A stretch of 64,000 nucleotides of DNA, taken from NCBI RefSeq assembly GCF_018977255.1, contig NW_024704742.1, positions 14,944,001 to 15,008,000 of the forward strand, in the 5' to 3' direction. Under the pieces are notes generated by a model. That model did no database searches, was not told the origin of the DNA, and worked only from the letters and a program-made list of their open reading frames with translations. Below are positions 1-13,035 of this stretch, piece by piece; the stretch's first letter is position 1; each line of letters opens with the position of its first letter. This DNA is from Callorhinchus milii (lineage: Eukaryota). A program made the position numbers and the translations under genes.

Positions 1-324
1 TGTTGGGCAAGTTTCCTTACTCCACACGACTCTGTTTACCTAGTAGTACGTAGGAACCCGGTTGTGAGTCGATTGGATGATTTTTTTCAAGGAATTATTA
101 CCCGCTTTTCCGGGGGGTAATAATTCCTCCAAAAAAATAACAATGATACATTGGTCTCTTCAATCCACGACTGTCTGTGAGACACTGCTGTGTGAAATTC
201 GCTGCCGCTTTTAGCCCCCAAACTATACAGTCAATTCACTTTACAGTATATTCTGTGAAGCGCTTTGAGACATCTCAAAGACGCGATGAGGTGCTATATC
301 AAATGCAAGGATTATTATTATTAT
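1..324 (+). mobile_element. tRNA-derived SINE, long (older) form, 5' end cut by window edge
   Basis: Matches other copies (gggcaagtttccttactccacac ... ctgctgtgtgaaattcgctgccgc ... cagtcaattcactttacag); ends in caaatgcaagg(att)n. Confidence 0.85.
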
Positions 325-710
325 ACAGTACAGGACATTACAGTAGATATTTTAACAATTTGCTTCTTTAATGGCTCAGTTCGTGAAGTTACTTCCCAGT
401 GTGATATTTAGTCATAGTAACCAGGCAGCTTTGAGGTTGGATCCCTGCTGAATTCATTCATCTCAGCTAAGATGCAGTGGGGATGCTACAATAATCATCA
501 TACAGCATTAGACTAGGGGAAAATGAGCTGGAGCTTCCACTCTTATGATCTCTATCTGGTGGTCCCTAATACAAACTAACTGAAATATGTCAATGTTTGT
601 GAGGACAGGATCAGGTTTAACATTGACTCTCCCTGTGGATAAGTAGCCCCAATAGCATAAAGGCTTGAAGAGGTATGGGGATAGGGTGGGGCAGTGGGAT
701 TGATTAAGGT

Positions 711-1062
711 GGTGTCCCGCAGCATAGTGGTTACCCCACTTGCCTCTAAAGCAAGACGACCCGGATTCAATTCCCAGGCAGGGCAAAACCTTGGTCAAGT
801 TTCTTTATTCCACACCCTTCTATTTATTTAGCAGTAAGTAGGAACCTGGTTGTTACTCAATTGGCCATTGCTTCCCGGAAGTACTAATCCCCCTGCCCCC
901 CAAAAAATGGGGTCACTCACTCCATGGCTGTTTATAGGACACTGCTGTGTGCAATTGGCTGCTGTGTTTCTCCCACAAAATACACAATCAATCCACTTTG
1001 CAGTACATTCTGTGAAGTGCTTTGAGACATGATAAGACGCTGTACCAAATGCAAGCATTATT
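711..1062 (+). mobile_element. tRNA-derived SINE, long form, degenerate full-length copy
   Basis: Decayed tRNA-like head (gcatagtggtta...ggattcaattccc), Deu-like core (gctgtgtgcaattggctgc) and tail aaatgcaagcattatt. Confidence 0.8.
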
Positions 1063-1082
1063 AGTACTAGTATTGTTGAATG

Positions 1083-1292
1083 AACAACAGCAATTTGCAT
1101 TTATATAGTGCCCCTCATGAAGGGTAGCGTCCCAGAATGTTTGACAGTGGTGGAGCACACGCCAAGCCAGTGGGAGGTGACCGTAGGCACAATTGAATAG
1201 GAAGGTCTTCAGGCGTGACCTAAAATGGGAAGGAAGTGACAAGAAGGAAGGATAGAGGAAGAGCATTCCAGAGTTTTGGAGCATAGTAGCTG
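1083..1292 (-). mobile_element. L2 LINE 3' end fragment (old subfamily)
   Basis: Minus-strand translation FRSRLKTFLFNCAYG is an L2 ORF2 C-terminus; tail ...ctatataaatgcaaattgctgttg. Confidence 0.65.
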
Positions 1293-2164
1293 AAACTCAT
1301 AGTAGCTTTTACTCATGTTTGGGCTTATGATGCAGAACAGTCACTTTGAAAGGTTATTGGAGGGATTCTGGTGCCTCTTGGAATCACACAGCAGAATGAG
1401 CCAGCACCTTCAGCAGAACAGGACGGGAATATGAAATCACTAAAAGAGTTTAATTTTAAGGTGTAACTAAAATTTGTAGTGAAACATCCAAAGTTCAATT
1501 GTCCATCTGCAGCGGATGGTTAAAGAAATCCTTCACATATGACCCATCTTCACAATGGCGAAATAATTTAGGCAGATGCAGCAGATAGCTGCACCTGGAC
1601 AATTCTGTTTAGCATATATTTAGCTGACTGTTTGATTTCTGAATTTAAATCACTGAGGCATCTGTAATTGTTTCTTTAATTACGTGACAATAGTGAAAAC
1701 AAAGGAAAAGCAAAGCCATGTATGGTGGTATAAATTGAGAAGAGGTGAATAAAGATTTGAAAGCTGCTTATTGTCAGTCCTGTGCATCCCAGCTCAGCGG
1801 AGATCTACAGCTACCCAGACTGCTTCAGAAGGAAATGGTTTACTGAAACTTACCTTCATGGCAAATAATAATAATGATAAATAAAGAATAAAAATAGATT
1901 CAATTATTCCTAGGTATATGAACGCTTAAATACTGTATCTCAGAAAAAGTGATGCTGCCAAAATATGTTTAATATTAATGGTTTTCAGGACAAGGGAAAA
2001 GATACAACTCAAAATGCATTTTGAGCGAGCTGTATTGCACTCCTTCCAAACCAGCTTGTGACCTCATGTGGATTTAGTTATAATCTGGACACATCACCAC
2101 TAAAGTTTTAAGTTTTGATCATAGATGGTGCCCAGCAGTGGCAGACTGACTCCTTAACTCCCTT

Positions 2165-2345
2165 CTTGTCATTGGTGGAGAGGGCATGGCGGGGGATGTG
2201 GAGCAGGCAAGTGCCTTCCGAGTGGAGGCAGTGGACAGGTGAATGTCTCGTAGGTCTCAGATGTAGGCAGAGCAAGACCATGGAGGGTTTTGAAAGTCAG
2301 GATGAGGATCTTAAACTGGATCCTCTGGGATTTGGGGAGCCAATG
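2165..2345 (-). mobile_element. L2 LINE ORF2 fragment
   Basis: Similar to the LHWLP..RI.FKIL.LTFKALHGLAP region of the L2 at 31156-31841. Confidence 0.6.
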
Positions 2346-3271
2346 AAGCTGAGTGAAAATAAAGTGTTAGAAATATTTGAACAGGACACCAGGCAAAACT
2401 CCCTTTTCATTTTGAATAGTGCCTCGGAATCTTTAACATCCACCTGAACAGGTAGAGAAAACCTCTGTTTATTTTCTCATCAAAAGGACAGTGCCTCCAA
2501 TGGAGCTCTCCCCCAGCAATTCTGCTGGGAGTATCAGCCTAGTCTACGAACTCTAAGGCTTTTAACAAGATTGCTAACCTCCAGTCATAAAGAGACCAAT
2601 GTTCCTTTGCACTTGAGCTGTAATTAATGAATCAACTTGCAGGGGAAAGGCAACATATTTCTCTTACAGGTACACCATTGTTTTCTTAAATGGAAGCCAC
2701 AGCTGAAACACAAAGAGTCAGTCAGGTATCTGGCAAAGTGGCCCAATTGCATTTCTTCTCTAGATTTACTTTGCTGCTGATCCCATTGAAGAGGGGATCT
2801 GCAAGTTATGAAAACCTTGCTGAATCTGTAAATATCTAAGATACTCTTAATAAAGGCATTAATAAAGGCTGTGCATAATAGCGTCCAAAATTTAGACTCA
2901 ATTCCAAAATCTGCACACCATTTTTAAGATTTCTTTGAAGCTATTAGGATTTTGGGGCCTCAGATTACCAGACTGCTTTGGCTCAGAATTAATGGGGCAC
3001 GATCACGTACAGTATTCATGCTTTTTTCCATACTCCACTGAGATAACTGCAGTGATTAGGGTTCTGGTAAGAAATCATCCATCACAGCCAAGAACAATAT
3101 CATTGTTCTGATAAGGGGAGCACTGGGATCATGAAGTGGCTGCTGCCAATTCACAGCCAAGTAATCAGCCAGCTGGATACACTCTGAGTAATAACTACTC
3201 TGAGACTAATTGTGAGAAATTATAGTGACTTCTGCCAACACAACATGGATAATAATGTCACAATTTCATTT

Positions 3272-3420
3272 AACTGCTGTGCGCAATTGGCTGCCGCGTT
3301 CGCCCACAAATATACAGTCAATTCACTTTACAGTGTGTTCTGTGAAGCGCTTTGGGACGTCCTCCCGACGTGAAAAGCGCTATATCAAATGCAAGGATTA
3401 TTATTATTATATTATTATTA
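3272..3420 (+). mobile_element. Young SINE, 5'-truncated
   Basis: Near-identical to the 3' half of the copies at 16724 and 22031; (att)n tail. Confidence 0.9.
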
Positions 3421-6400
3421 ACTAAGCGGTTCAAGTTAATCTTTTCTGGGGTGTTATTAACACAGTCAACCCCATTTAGTGATCTCTTTTTTCTTGTTTT
3501 GTTACTTGTAATTGTGTATGTATTCCTATTGTTTTAAATCTGTTTGTACAGATCCCTATTATGTTTTAATTGTGTGGGCCCCACTCTAACACAGTCTTTT
3601 CCAAGATACCTCAAAACTATGACATGCCTTTCCTCCTTTAGTATTCCCTACCTCCTATAACCTCCAAGTTCAAACCCGCCCGTGTTGCCATCTCACCACT
3701 CTCTTTCTTTGTCTCATACTCTCTCCTACTCTTTTCAAAGTACTTTATCCCTTCACCTTGGTTTCATGAGCTATCCTCTGATAATTTTTTTGCTCAGAGG
3801 GGTGTCTGACACATGCAGAAACCTATCTTCACACTAAAGAGTATCCAAACCAAACTGAGAATTCCATGCATCCCACCTGATGAGGAGGATTAGATTGGGA
3901 GCAAGGAGGGGGAGGAAATGCAAAATGCTACGCTGTTGATATTCGTGAAATGTTCTCTTACCCAGCCAAGGTTTTGTTTTAAGTTCTTGTCTTAGCACCA
4001 TACAATATTCCCCTGCCAAGTGGCTGCCAGCAATTGCATAGGAGGAATCCAGGATAAATGACCCTCTGAATTTTCATTCACCCACAAATATTACATTCTT
4101 CAATCTAGACAAATACAATATCCTAGTGCAGAACAACTATCATATTGTGTGGGCCCCACTCCAACACAGTCTTTCCCAAGGGGCCACATAATAGCGACGT
4201 TACAGTTCATAGTAAATTGTGTAAAGTGCTTTGAGACATCTCAATGATATAAGGGACAATATCAAATGCATAGATTAATATTGTGTATCAGAAATTAAAT
4301 CACATGTTGTTTATAAATATATGTTAATTATTTTTGAGAAGTGCTACAGATGTAAATAACTGTGTTCTGCAACAATTGTTCATTTCTCCCTCCAATTTTC
4401 TCCCCTCGTCTCCCATGATTTGTTGACTCCTTTTTACCGTCTCCTGACACATGGATTTTATAGGGCTTCAGCATCTTGTCTGAGTGACAATCCTTGATGT
4501 GCGAGACCAGTACAATGGCAGGCAAACTATTTCCAGAGGCACGATCGTTTCATGCTCACCGGCATGTTCTGATGGGCATTTCTGATGGCATTATTTGAAA
4601 ACAAAAGGGAGTTTTGCCTTGTCTTGGCCAACAATCCCACACAGCATTTTCTCCAGATAATCCCCTGTATGTTTTGCAGTCACGAGACTTTTGCATCAAT
4701 GAGATCTCAGGACCAGGCAGAAGTCTCTTGTGACCCTGCATGCCACACAGGAGATTCCCTGGAGAAAACAAACACTTGATCAATGACCACACAGGGGTGA
4801 TGCCCTGTAAGCATGTTTGACCTTCCTCTCTATTGAACCACAAGATGGGGAAAGGGATCTGAGTAGACTATCTATTTCAAATCCTCATTTGAAAAAAAAA
4901 ACACATTTATTTTGAATAAAGTACAAAGTAAATTTAAAGCTAGTTCAGGTTGACTACTCCACACCAATTGTCCAAGAAATACTAAATCCTTACATTTGGC
5001 ATGGCATCTTTCTTGTCAGAAAGCAAGGCATGCCATATCATGCCTCAAAGTACTTCACAGAATTTACTATAAAGTGTAGTGACTGTGCATTTTGTAGCTA
5101 AATGCAACATCTAATGTGAGCACAACAATATCCCACAAATAGCCCTGACGTGAAACAAATAAGCATTGACTATTTTAAATTAAAATTTAAGATCAATTCC
5201 ATTCTGGACCGTGATTATGTTTTATTTTATGGCTGTGTTTGCTATATGTGTATGTTATTTCTGGTTCTCACTTGCTCTCTATTGTGGTAACAGAAATATG
5301 AAATTATCAGAAGCCCTTTAATCCAGGTTTGTGGTGCTGAGAATCATGTGTAGCGGATTGTGAAGGGCGGTTTTCAGTATTTCTGAGGGGTTTAAAATCT
5401 TTTAAATGCTTTCATATGTTTAAGAACTTTTGGAGTGCTTCAAAGTATTTTTTTTAAGTTAAGATTTTTTCCCATGTGTTATTTTTCTGGTGAAGTTTGA
5501 GTGGAGTGACAGCAACAGTGTGATAGCCAGTGACATACTGCAGCTTGTAAATGGTCCAAAGGTGTATGATGGAGAAATGCAATCACAATGTTGTTAACAC
5601 TTTGCTCTCGAGGCCACATCTACTGTACAAGCAATCATTAGTCGGGTTATAAAACTAAGTCAGGAACACAGTATGGATTTTAGATAAACTGTCTAGAAGC
5701 AGGGAAAATCCACTAATGACTTGTCAAATTCAGCTGTCATGACCAGATTTGAACAGGAAGCTTTGTGCAATGATGCAATGGGAATGTGGCAGAGAGACGC
5801 ACCACCTGTGAGGCTGACTTATCACCTCAGAGGCAGGTCTTCTCTCCATTTCAGGCGGCAGCAGTGTTTATCTCAAGGGATGTGCCCTCAGGCTGCCCCT
5901 GCAGTTTAAGGGGGAATGTCTGAAGGCAGAAGATAAAGAATCAATTTATGACTGGAAACAAATGTGCATGTGTATCTTCCAAAAGAATTCTTCCTACAGC
6001 ACTTTCCTACAGCACCTTATCATGTTAAAACTTCACAAAACATCTTATAGTAATTACCTTCAAGTGTAATGACTGTTCTTTGTAGGCAAATGCTGCTGCT
6101 ATTTTGCATATAGCTAGGTCCCACAAACAGCCATGAAGAGAATGTTCAATTTCTCTGGTGGCCAAGACTCTGCAAGAAACTCCTTATGTTTTAACAGAAA
6201 AACAGACAGAATGAGCGCTTAATTTACTTTCATCTAGTTGCGCTTCTGACAATGGAGCATTTCCTCAGTATACTGCATTGCACTGTGAAGTCTACTTTCA
6301 TTTGAACCAATTCTGCAATAACCCGCAAGGTAAACACATTATTTTTACAGTGAAAATGTGGCTAGAGTTTAATGTAGCCATTTACTGAGGTTAGAATAAT

Positions 6401-6679
6401 AGATTAAGTGTGGAAATTTTCCACATTTAATCTTGGTTAAGGTGAAAAGACATTCTTCGTGCAAACTATACCTTTAACATACCAGCAGGTGGCACAAACT
6501 CCACACCCAAATACAATCTTGATTTGTGCACAAAGGGGTGACTTGAATTGCACCCAAGGGCTTGCAATTACTGGGACATTACCGTGACAGGCTGCAGTGA
6601 ATTTGTTAGCATCTTGTGACAAGATGCTTGACAAAGAAGAATTTTCTGCGCAAAAAAAAGGCTGGATTTCTTTACTCAC

Positions 6680-6706
6680 ATTCCAGGTAATTTGAAGGAT
6701 TCTGCA
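6680..6706 (-). other. Candidate 27-nt micro-exon of an unidentified minus-strand gene
   Basis: Minus strand: cctaatgtgccttcccctgcag|TGCAGAATCCTTCAAATTACCTGGAAT|gtgagt; branch-point-like ctaat, pyrimidine tract, consensus donor, length divisible by 3. Confidence 0.3.
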
Positions 6707-7794
6707 CTGCAGGGGAAGGCACATTAGGCAAAGTCTATTATACTTATTAGTGTCTATTTAGAATTGGGATCTATTCAGTCATCTGGCAGTAGAATAGAAA
6801 ATGTATTGCTTAGGGCACCTTTGTATATAAAGTGCAACATGTTTAAACTCTATGGTGCTGTACCACCTATTGTTTCCTCTGCAATTCAATATACTGTACA
6901 GTGAGATTCAGATCTCAGCAATACTGTTTTCGGTAAGCGCCAAATAAGCATGTAGTATTTCTTCCCAGCAACAAAGGGAAAATTGGATGGAGAGTTGTCC
7001 AACACTGCTCCCTTGTACTGTTCAGCAGAACTTCATCTAGGAGCAGGTCTTATAGGATGGGGAGTGATGAATGGAACCAGGAAATCTAGAGAGGGAAAAG
7101 AAAGGAAGCAATGCAAATAATCCCAAGACACAGAAACGCGCCTTCTGTATCAACAACAATCAAACATATTTGCCGTGCACACCTACAATACATTTGTTGA
7201 CAAAATAATAAACTTCTATGTTCTATGTATCATGGTATACAATGAAGATTATATTACAGTTTACACAGTCACTACATTTTCCAGTAAAACCAATGAAATA
7301 CTTTTAGATGTCTTCCTAATATGAAAGGCGCCATATAAAATGTAAGGACTATTATTATTTTAGTTAAATTCTGAAAATGTTGAGTCTATGCTTACATTTA
7401 TTGTGCCTTTCATATAAAAGAAATAACTCAAAAGTAATTACAGAAAGTGGTCAGTTCGAAATTAGGTCCATGCGGTTGTGTCAAGAGCAGCAAGTGTTTT
7501 TATTTCTCTCTTGATATATTTATCTCTGCTGGTGAAAGGGGAAGTGCACAGTGTGAATTCCTACTGTCTTCCTCAGAGGTCACAGAGCACCAGGAGGGAA
7601 CAGTTGAGGAATATGTGCAAAGTTTCCAAGTGTGTACTACTTCATATGTAACTGTCAGATGTTATTTCTGACTTCCTCAATGGGGTTAAAAAACATTGAC
7701 TGGGAAAAAGTGGCGTAAACCTTTCCAACGCCTTCGGACATCCTCCCAACATGAAAGGCGCTTTACACATGTAATTTGTTGTTGTTTTTGTTGT

Positions 7795-7913
7795 AGCCCA
7801 CAAAATATACAGGCAATTCACTTTACAGTATATTCTGTGAAGCGTTTTGGGACGTCTAGAAGATGTGATAAGGCACTTTTTCAAATGCAAGGATCATTAT
7901 CATTATTATTATT
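7795..7913 (+). mobile_element. SINE 3' fragment, preceded by a short L2 tail at about 7725-7790
   Basis: cccacaaaatatacaggcaattcactttacag...caaatgcaagg(att)n. Confidence 0.75.
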
Positions 7914-8050
7914 GTAAATGGTTTCTGGACACCTGAAAAAGTACCTCATAGAAGGTATCTTCTGCAAGAAAGCCCACTTTCATCAGGCTGATCTGCAAGA
8001 ACCTGACTAAGAGTGATATTTGGGATATAGGAACAAATATCTTAAAGTAC

Positions 8051-9305
8051 TTAAAGGTAATATATTAGCATGTATTGGAGAGTGGCTAACAGGAAGAAAA
8101 CAGAGAGTAGGGATAAATCTTCTCAGATTGGCAGGATATGACTAATGGAGTGCCACAAGGATCAGTGTTTGGGCCTCAATTATTTACAGTCTATATCAAT
8201 GATTTAGATGAGGAAATAGAACTTAACATATCTAAATTCGCGGACAATACAAAGATTGGTGGGAGAGTAAGCTGTGAGGATGACACACAAAGAATGCAAA
8301 GGGAAATGGACAGGCTAGGTGAGTGGGCAAGAAGGTGGCAGATGGAGTATAACGTGGGGAAATGTGAAGTTATTCACCTAGCAAGTAAAAATAGAAAAGC
8401 AGATTATTTTCTAGAGGGGGAGAGACTAGATAGTGTTAGTGTTCAGAGGGATTTGGGTGTCCTTGTACACCAGTCACAAAAAGTTAGAATGCAGATACAG
8501 CAAGCAACTATAAATAATAATAATAATAATAATAATAATCCTTGCATTTGATATAGCGCTTTTCACGTCGGGAGGACGTCCCAAAGCGCTTCACAGAACA
8601 CACTGTAAAGTGAATTGACTGTATATTTGTGGGCGAACGCGGCAGCCAATTAACTAGGAAGGCTAATGGCATGTTGGGGTTCATTGCAAAAGGGTTAGAG
8701 TACAAAAGTAGGGAAGTTTTGCTGCAGTTGTATAAGGCTTTGGTGGGACCCCACCTAGAATATTGTGTGGAATTTTGGTCTCCTTATTTAAGAAAGTACA
8801 TACTTGCCTTAGAGGGGGTGCAGCGTAGATTCACCAGGTTAGTTCCTGGGATGAGGGGGTTGACCTATGAGGATAGGTTGAGTAAACTAGGCCTATATTC
8901 TCTAGAATATAGAAGAATTAGAAGTTATCTTGTAGAAACTTATAAGATTCTTAAGGGTCTTGACACGGTAGATGCCGTGAGACTGTTTCCCATGGTTGGA
9001 GAATCTAAAATTAGGGGTCACAAGGTTAAAGGTCAGCCTTTTCGAACTGAGTTGAGGAAACATTTCTTCACTGAGAGGGTAATGAATTTGTGGAATTCTC
9101 TACCCTATAAGGCTGTGGATGCTCAGTCCTTGAACATATTCAAGACAGAGGTTAATAGATTTCTAAAGGATAAGGGATTAAAGGATATGGGGATAGGGCA
9201 GGTAAATGGAATTAGATTAGAAGATCAGCCATGATTTTATTAAATGGCGGGGCAGGCTCGAGGGGCCAACTCCTGCTCTTATGTCTTATGGTCTTATGGT
9301 CTTAA
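8051..9305 (+). mobile_element. CR1 LINE, 5'-truncated: RT C-terminal part of ORF2 plus 3' UTR, interrupted by a SINE
   Basis: ORFs 8138-8551 (GVPQGSVFGPQLFTVYINDL, SKFADNTKIGG, WQMEYNVGKCEV) and 8629-9234 (LYKALVGPHLEYC, LEGVQRRFTR, FFTERVMNLWNSLP); (cttatggt)n tail. The RT motif reads FADN instead of FADD. Confidence 0.95.
8511..8651 (-). mobile_element. Young SINE 3' half inserted in CR1, 5-bp TSD AACTA
   Basis: AACTA at 8506-8510 and 8652-8656; removing the insert plus one TSD restores the frame QQATRKANGML. Confidence 0.92.
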
Positions 9306-10525
9306 CAGGAGTAGTCTACTTGCAGTTGAAACTGCTCTACTATTTTCTTGGATTATGAAGACAACTTCTCTCAGATCTGTGTGATGTTCATGGGGCTCCT
9401 GAGAAGAGAAGAATTTTATGCCACAAAGCATTCTTATCCAGCGTGAGCAGTAATTTTCTTGACCTGTGTATGTTCATCCTTATTGCTGTGAATATCACAA
9501 TTGATCTTATGCATGGATAACAAGTACAGCTTTTTGACAAACCCAGTCTATTGAATCCAAGTCTTACCATGTGTGGGATCCTCACTGGAACATGGTAAAA
9601 ACATGTATAATTTCCTGCTGTTTTATACTATGGAGAATCACTGGCTTCAAAAGCGAGCAGCAATGGAAGTGCATATTCAGAGCGTTTACATTAAATGGTG
9701 ATGATTTGTAGAAACTGCATTAGTAAGTAGAATCATTGAAAGTTTACAGCACTACAAAAGTCATTCAGACCATAGTGACTGTGTTGGTGCTTTGCTATTG
9801 ATGTAAATTCTATTCTAATCTTTATTTACTATTCCCTTTAATATACTGTAGTGCAGCCAGCCCCCATTATAATGTTTTTCATTATAACTCATTTGGTTAT
9901 ATCCCAGTTGTAGTGTGGACCTCGTTCACTGTGCCTGCACCCAGCCAGCTCACTTACTTCCCGCGTATTGTTGGATTCTCATTGTTCTTTGATGTGCAGT
10001 GATCAGTGCAGTAAGAACTTTAAGCACGTATCAGAGAAGCTGTCTTCCTCACCAAAACATAGCCAAAGTGTCTGGTCTTTTCTTCAGTCAAAAGGTTTTG
10101 AGTGTCCCGTCAAGACCATTCTCTGCTTCACAAAAACTGCATATATTGGATTACTTTCATGCACTGTGATATCTGAGTCTTTGACTGGATTTCTGCAGCA
10201 GGCACTTCTGATGCTGAGCTGACAAATGCATGAAGCAGGGCTTGCCTGTGGCTAGATTTGAAATTAACAATGTGCTCAGTAGATCAAGGTGTTTATTTCC
10301 AGTTGTTAAAGAGGTAATAATAATTAATAAGTTAATAATTTCTACTAAATTTCCATTGGACTCTCTAGCTGCTGCTGACAAAAGGTTAAGACGGGATTTT
10401 GATTTTGAGCAGCCAAACCCTAACAGGTTACAGCCAAACATGTTTAGGAAGGAAAACTGGGGATTATCATGAAAACTTAACATTTGATCTCTTTCATTTA
10501 TTTCCATAATTATAATGCCTTGCTT

Positions 10526-11040
10526 GAGTCCTGTAGCTCAGTGGTTAGAGCACTCGCTTTGCAAGCGGGAGACCTGAGTTCAATTCCAGGCAGGGCGAAA
10601 CCTTGAGCAAGTTTCCTTACTCCACACGCCTAATAATAATCCTTCCAAAACCAAAAACACTATAGGTGAATGTTAAAAATCCTGTGGCACTATTTGTAAA
10701 GGGAAGGGAGTTTCTCCCAGTGACCTAGACAACAATCTGCCAGATAAAATTGGTCATTCACTTCACTGTTGTTTATGGGACATTGCTGTGTGAAAATTGG
10801 CACCCTTGTTCACCTACAAATACACCAACACTGCAGTGATTCTTGTGAAATGCTTTGATTAGCATCAAAGTTATGATAAAACGCTATTTTGCCTACAAAA
10901 TATACAGTCAATTCACGCACTCAGTATATTCTCTGAAGTGCTTTGAGACATCTCGAAGACGTGATAAGGCGCTATATCAACTCCAATGATTATTATTTAT
11001 TATTTATATCAACTGCTAGGATTATTATTATTATTATTAT
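10526..11040 (+). mobile_element. Composite SINE: young tRNA head + old Deu-type body + additional SINE tail
   Basis: 10526-10662 is the young head with A box TAGCTCAGTGG and B-box-like GAGTTCAATTCC; about 10663-10890 matches the old SINE at 23385; about 10891-11040 is a separate 3' tail. Confidence 0.75.
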
Positions 11041-12659
11041 CCAGAATATTCATTTTAATATGTTTCTAGTAAAGCCTTGGGAGCAGTAAAAGGACTGGCA
11101 ATAGAGAAACATTAGGAATAAAATAAAGAAATTTCCCAAATGAGATTACCAGAGTCACTTTGTTAAACGAAAACACACCACTTACATACTTGGTGAAACA
11201 ACTTAAAAAAACAGCTGAAGTGTTTAAGGAGAAAAATCTGAATACATTCATATCATTATCGAGGTATCTAAATACCCGGGGGACGTTGGCCTTCTACATT
11301 GTCAGTGTTCGAGTTGAAAATTGTTTCAATCTTGTGTAATCTACTAAAAGTTCCTGCTTAGGTGCCAATAACATTTCACTTCTTCGCCTCTTCAGACCGC
11401 CTGAGATGTCAAAGGAAAATCTGAAACAGATGCTTCACAGACACAGAGAGGCATTTTGACATGAATCAATTCCCACACTCTCTTTAAGTCTAATTTGAGA
11501 AGGATTATTCTCTAGATGATCTATTTGATCCAGCAGAAAGAAGGAGGTGTGTGGTAATAATTTGCCATGAGGGTGAAATGGCTGCATGGAGCCTGGCCAG
11601 TCACAGGTCACGCCAGCAGTCCAGCACCATTAACCATTCATATAAAACAATGCTTCAGAACTGTTTCAAATGAATAATCTGCCATGACACTGAGGGACAT
11701 CAAAGTCTATTATGAGGTAAAGATAAATTAGAACAACCCACAAGATTTGCACAACATATATTGAAAATATACAAACATTTTTGGACAGGGACGTTCTTGA
11801 TTGAAATGGAATCAGTTTCGGTTGTGACCCTGATTCCTGATAAAATATCCCACCCAAAACTTTGATCGGTCTTTCTCTGTTAGATGTGGTTTAAGTTGTA
11901 GATTTCCAGCATTTCCTGGTTTTATTGTGGATTTCCAACATTTTTTACATATTCAACGATGAAACCAAGTACTGGAAGTGAAATATGCTAAGAGGTGCAT
12001 TACACCAAAGGGCATCGTTTTGCTTTCTGCCAACCAGAACAACCTAGTCAGATCAGCTTGTGATATGTCCATCTTTTGACTAGATCCTACACAGTTACTG
12101 GTGTTATCAGTGAAAATGGCTAGAAGGCTGTTTTTATGTCCACAAAAATGACACTGGTACTGTTACTTGCAGAATTCATAATGAACTAGATGTGATCAGA
12201 CATTGAATCTGCTATGAAACGCTGCAAATTTCACTCCGTAATGTGTCTGTGATGGTGTTGCTGTTCTATGTACAGCCTACTAGAGTTGTGATACTATCCA
12301 AATGCTGAACATGGCTGTGTGGCAAGCGATTCTGTATTGTGCATGAAATGAGTCATCAAGGGATCAGATCACAGTGAACTGAAACACAGTGCAATAAATC
12401 CCCTACACCAGCAAACTCCTGTGTAATATATGAAAGCCAACAGGAGAAGGGAAGGGATTCCTCCTCCCACTGGTGCATTAAGAACCATTTCAAGCATTTA
12501 GTAGGCCTTTGTTTTGATAATAATTATCTTCAAATGATAAAGAATATTGGTGGAATAGCTCTTGAAATGACTAGTGCCAGACACGGACACTCTGCAACAG
12601 CATTAAACAAAAAGAAGCACAGGAGTGATACAGAAATGTTAGAACAGTAACATCAACCA

Positions 12660-13035
12660 TCAATAATAATAATCTGTGTATTTGATATCGTTCCTTATTA
12701 TGTCATTGAAACATCTCAAAACACTTCACAGGATTTACTGTAAAGTGCAGTTACTGTGTATTTGCAGATGAACATGGCAGATAATTTGAACACAATTACG
12801 TTCTACAAATTAATATTTTATCTGCAGGATTGTTGGCTGGACTCCAAGAGAAACCCCCTTCTCTTCTTGAGTAGTGTCTTTAATCTTCATCTCAGTTTAA
12901 CATCTCATCCAGAAGGTGACACTTCCAACAATGCAGCTGTAGACTTTGAATTCAAAGTCCTGACATAGGGCTTGAACCCACAAGCTTCTGGCTCAGTGAT
13001 GAGAGTGCAACAACCAATGGAGCTAGGCTGACTAG
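12660..13035 (-). mobile_element. Old Deu-type SINE (second family), degenerate
   Basis: Reverse complement has the head tcagcctagctc...ttgcactctcatcactgagccagaagcttgtgggttcaagccc and an (att)n tail. Confidence 0.6.

Noticed and set aside
177..371. Recurring short ORFs containing [13 protein letters not shown] (177, 850, 3225, 7696, 8508, 16805, 59539 etc.) as a peptide family
   Set aside because: They are incidental translations of the SINE 3' region, with inconsistent starts and stops.
4556..4843. Minus-strand ORF bounded by AG and GTGAG
   Set aside because: Includes a Deu-SINE remnant (ggattgttggccaagacaaggcaaaactccc) and has no protein-like homology; at most an exonised non-coding piece.
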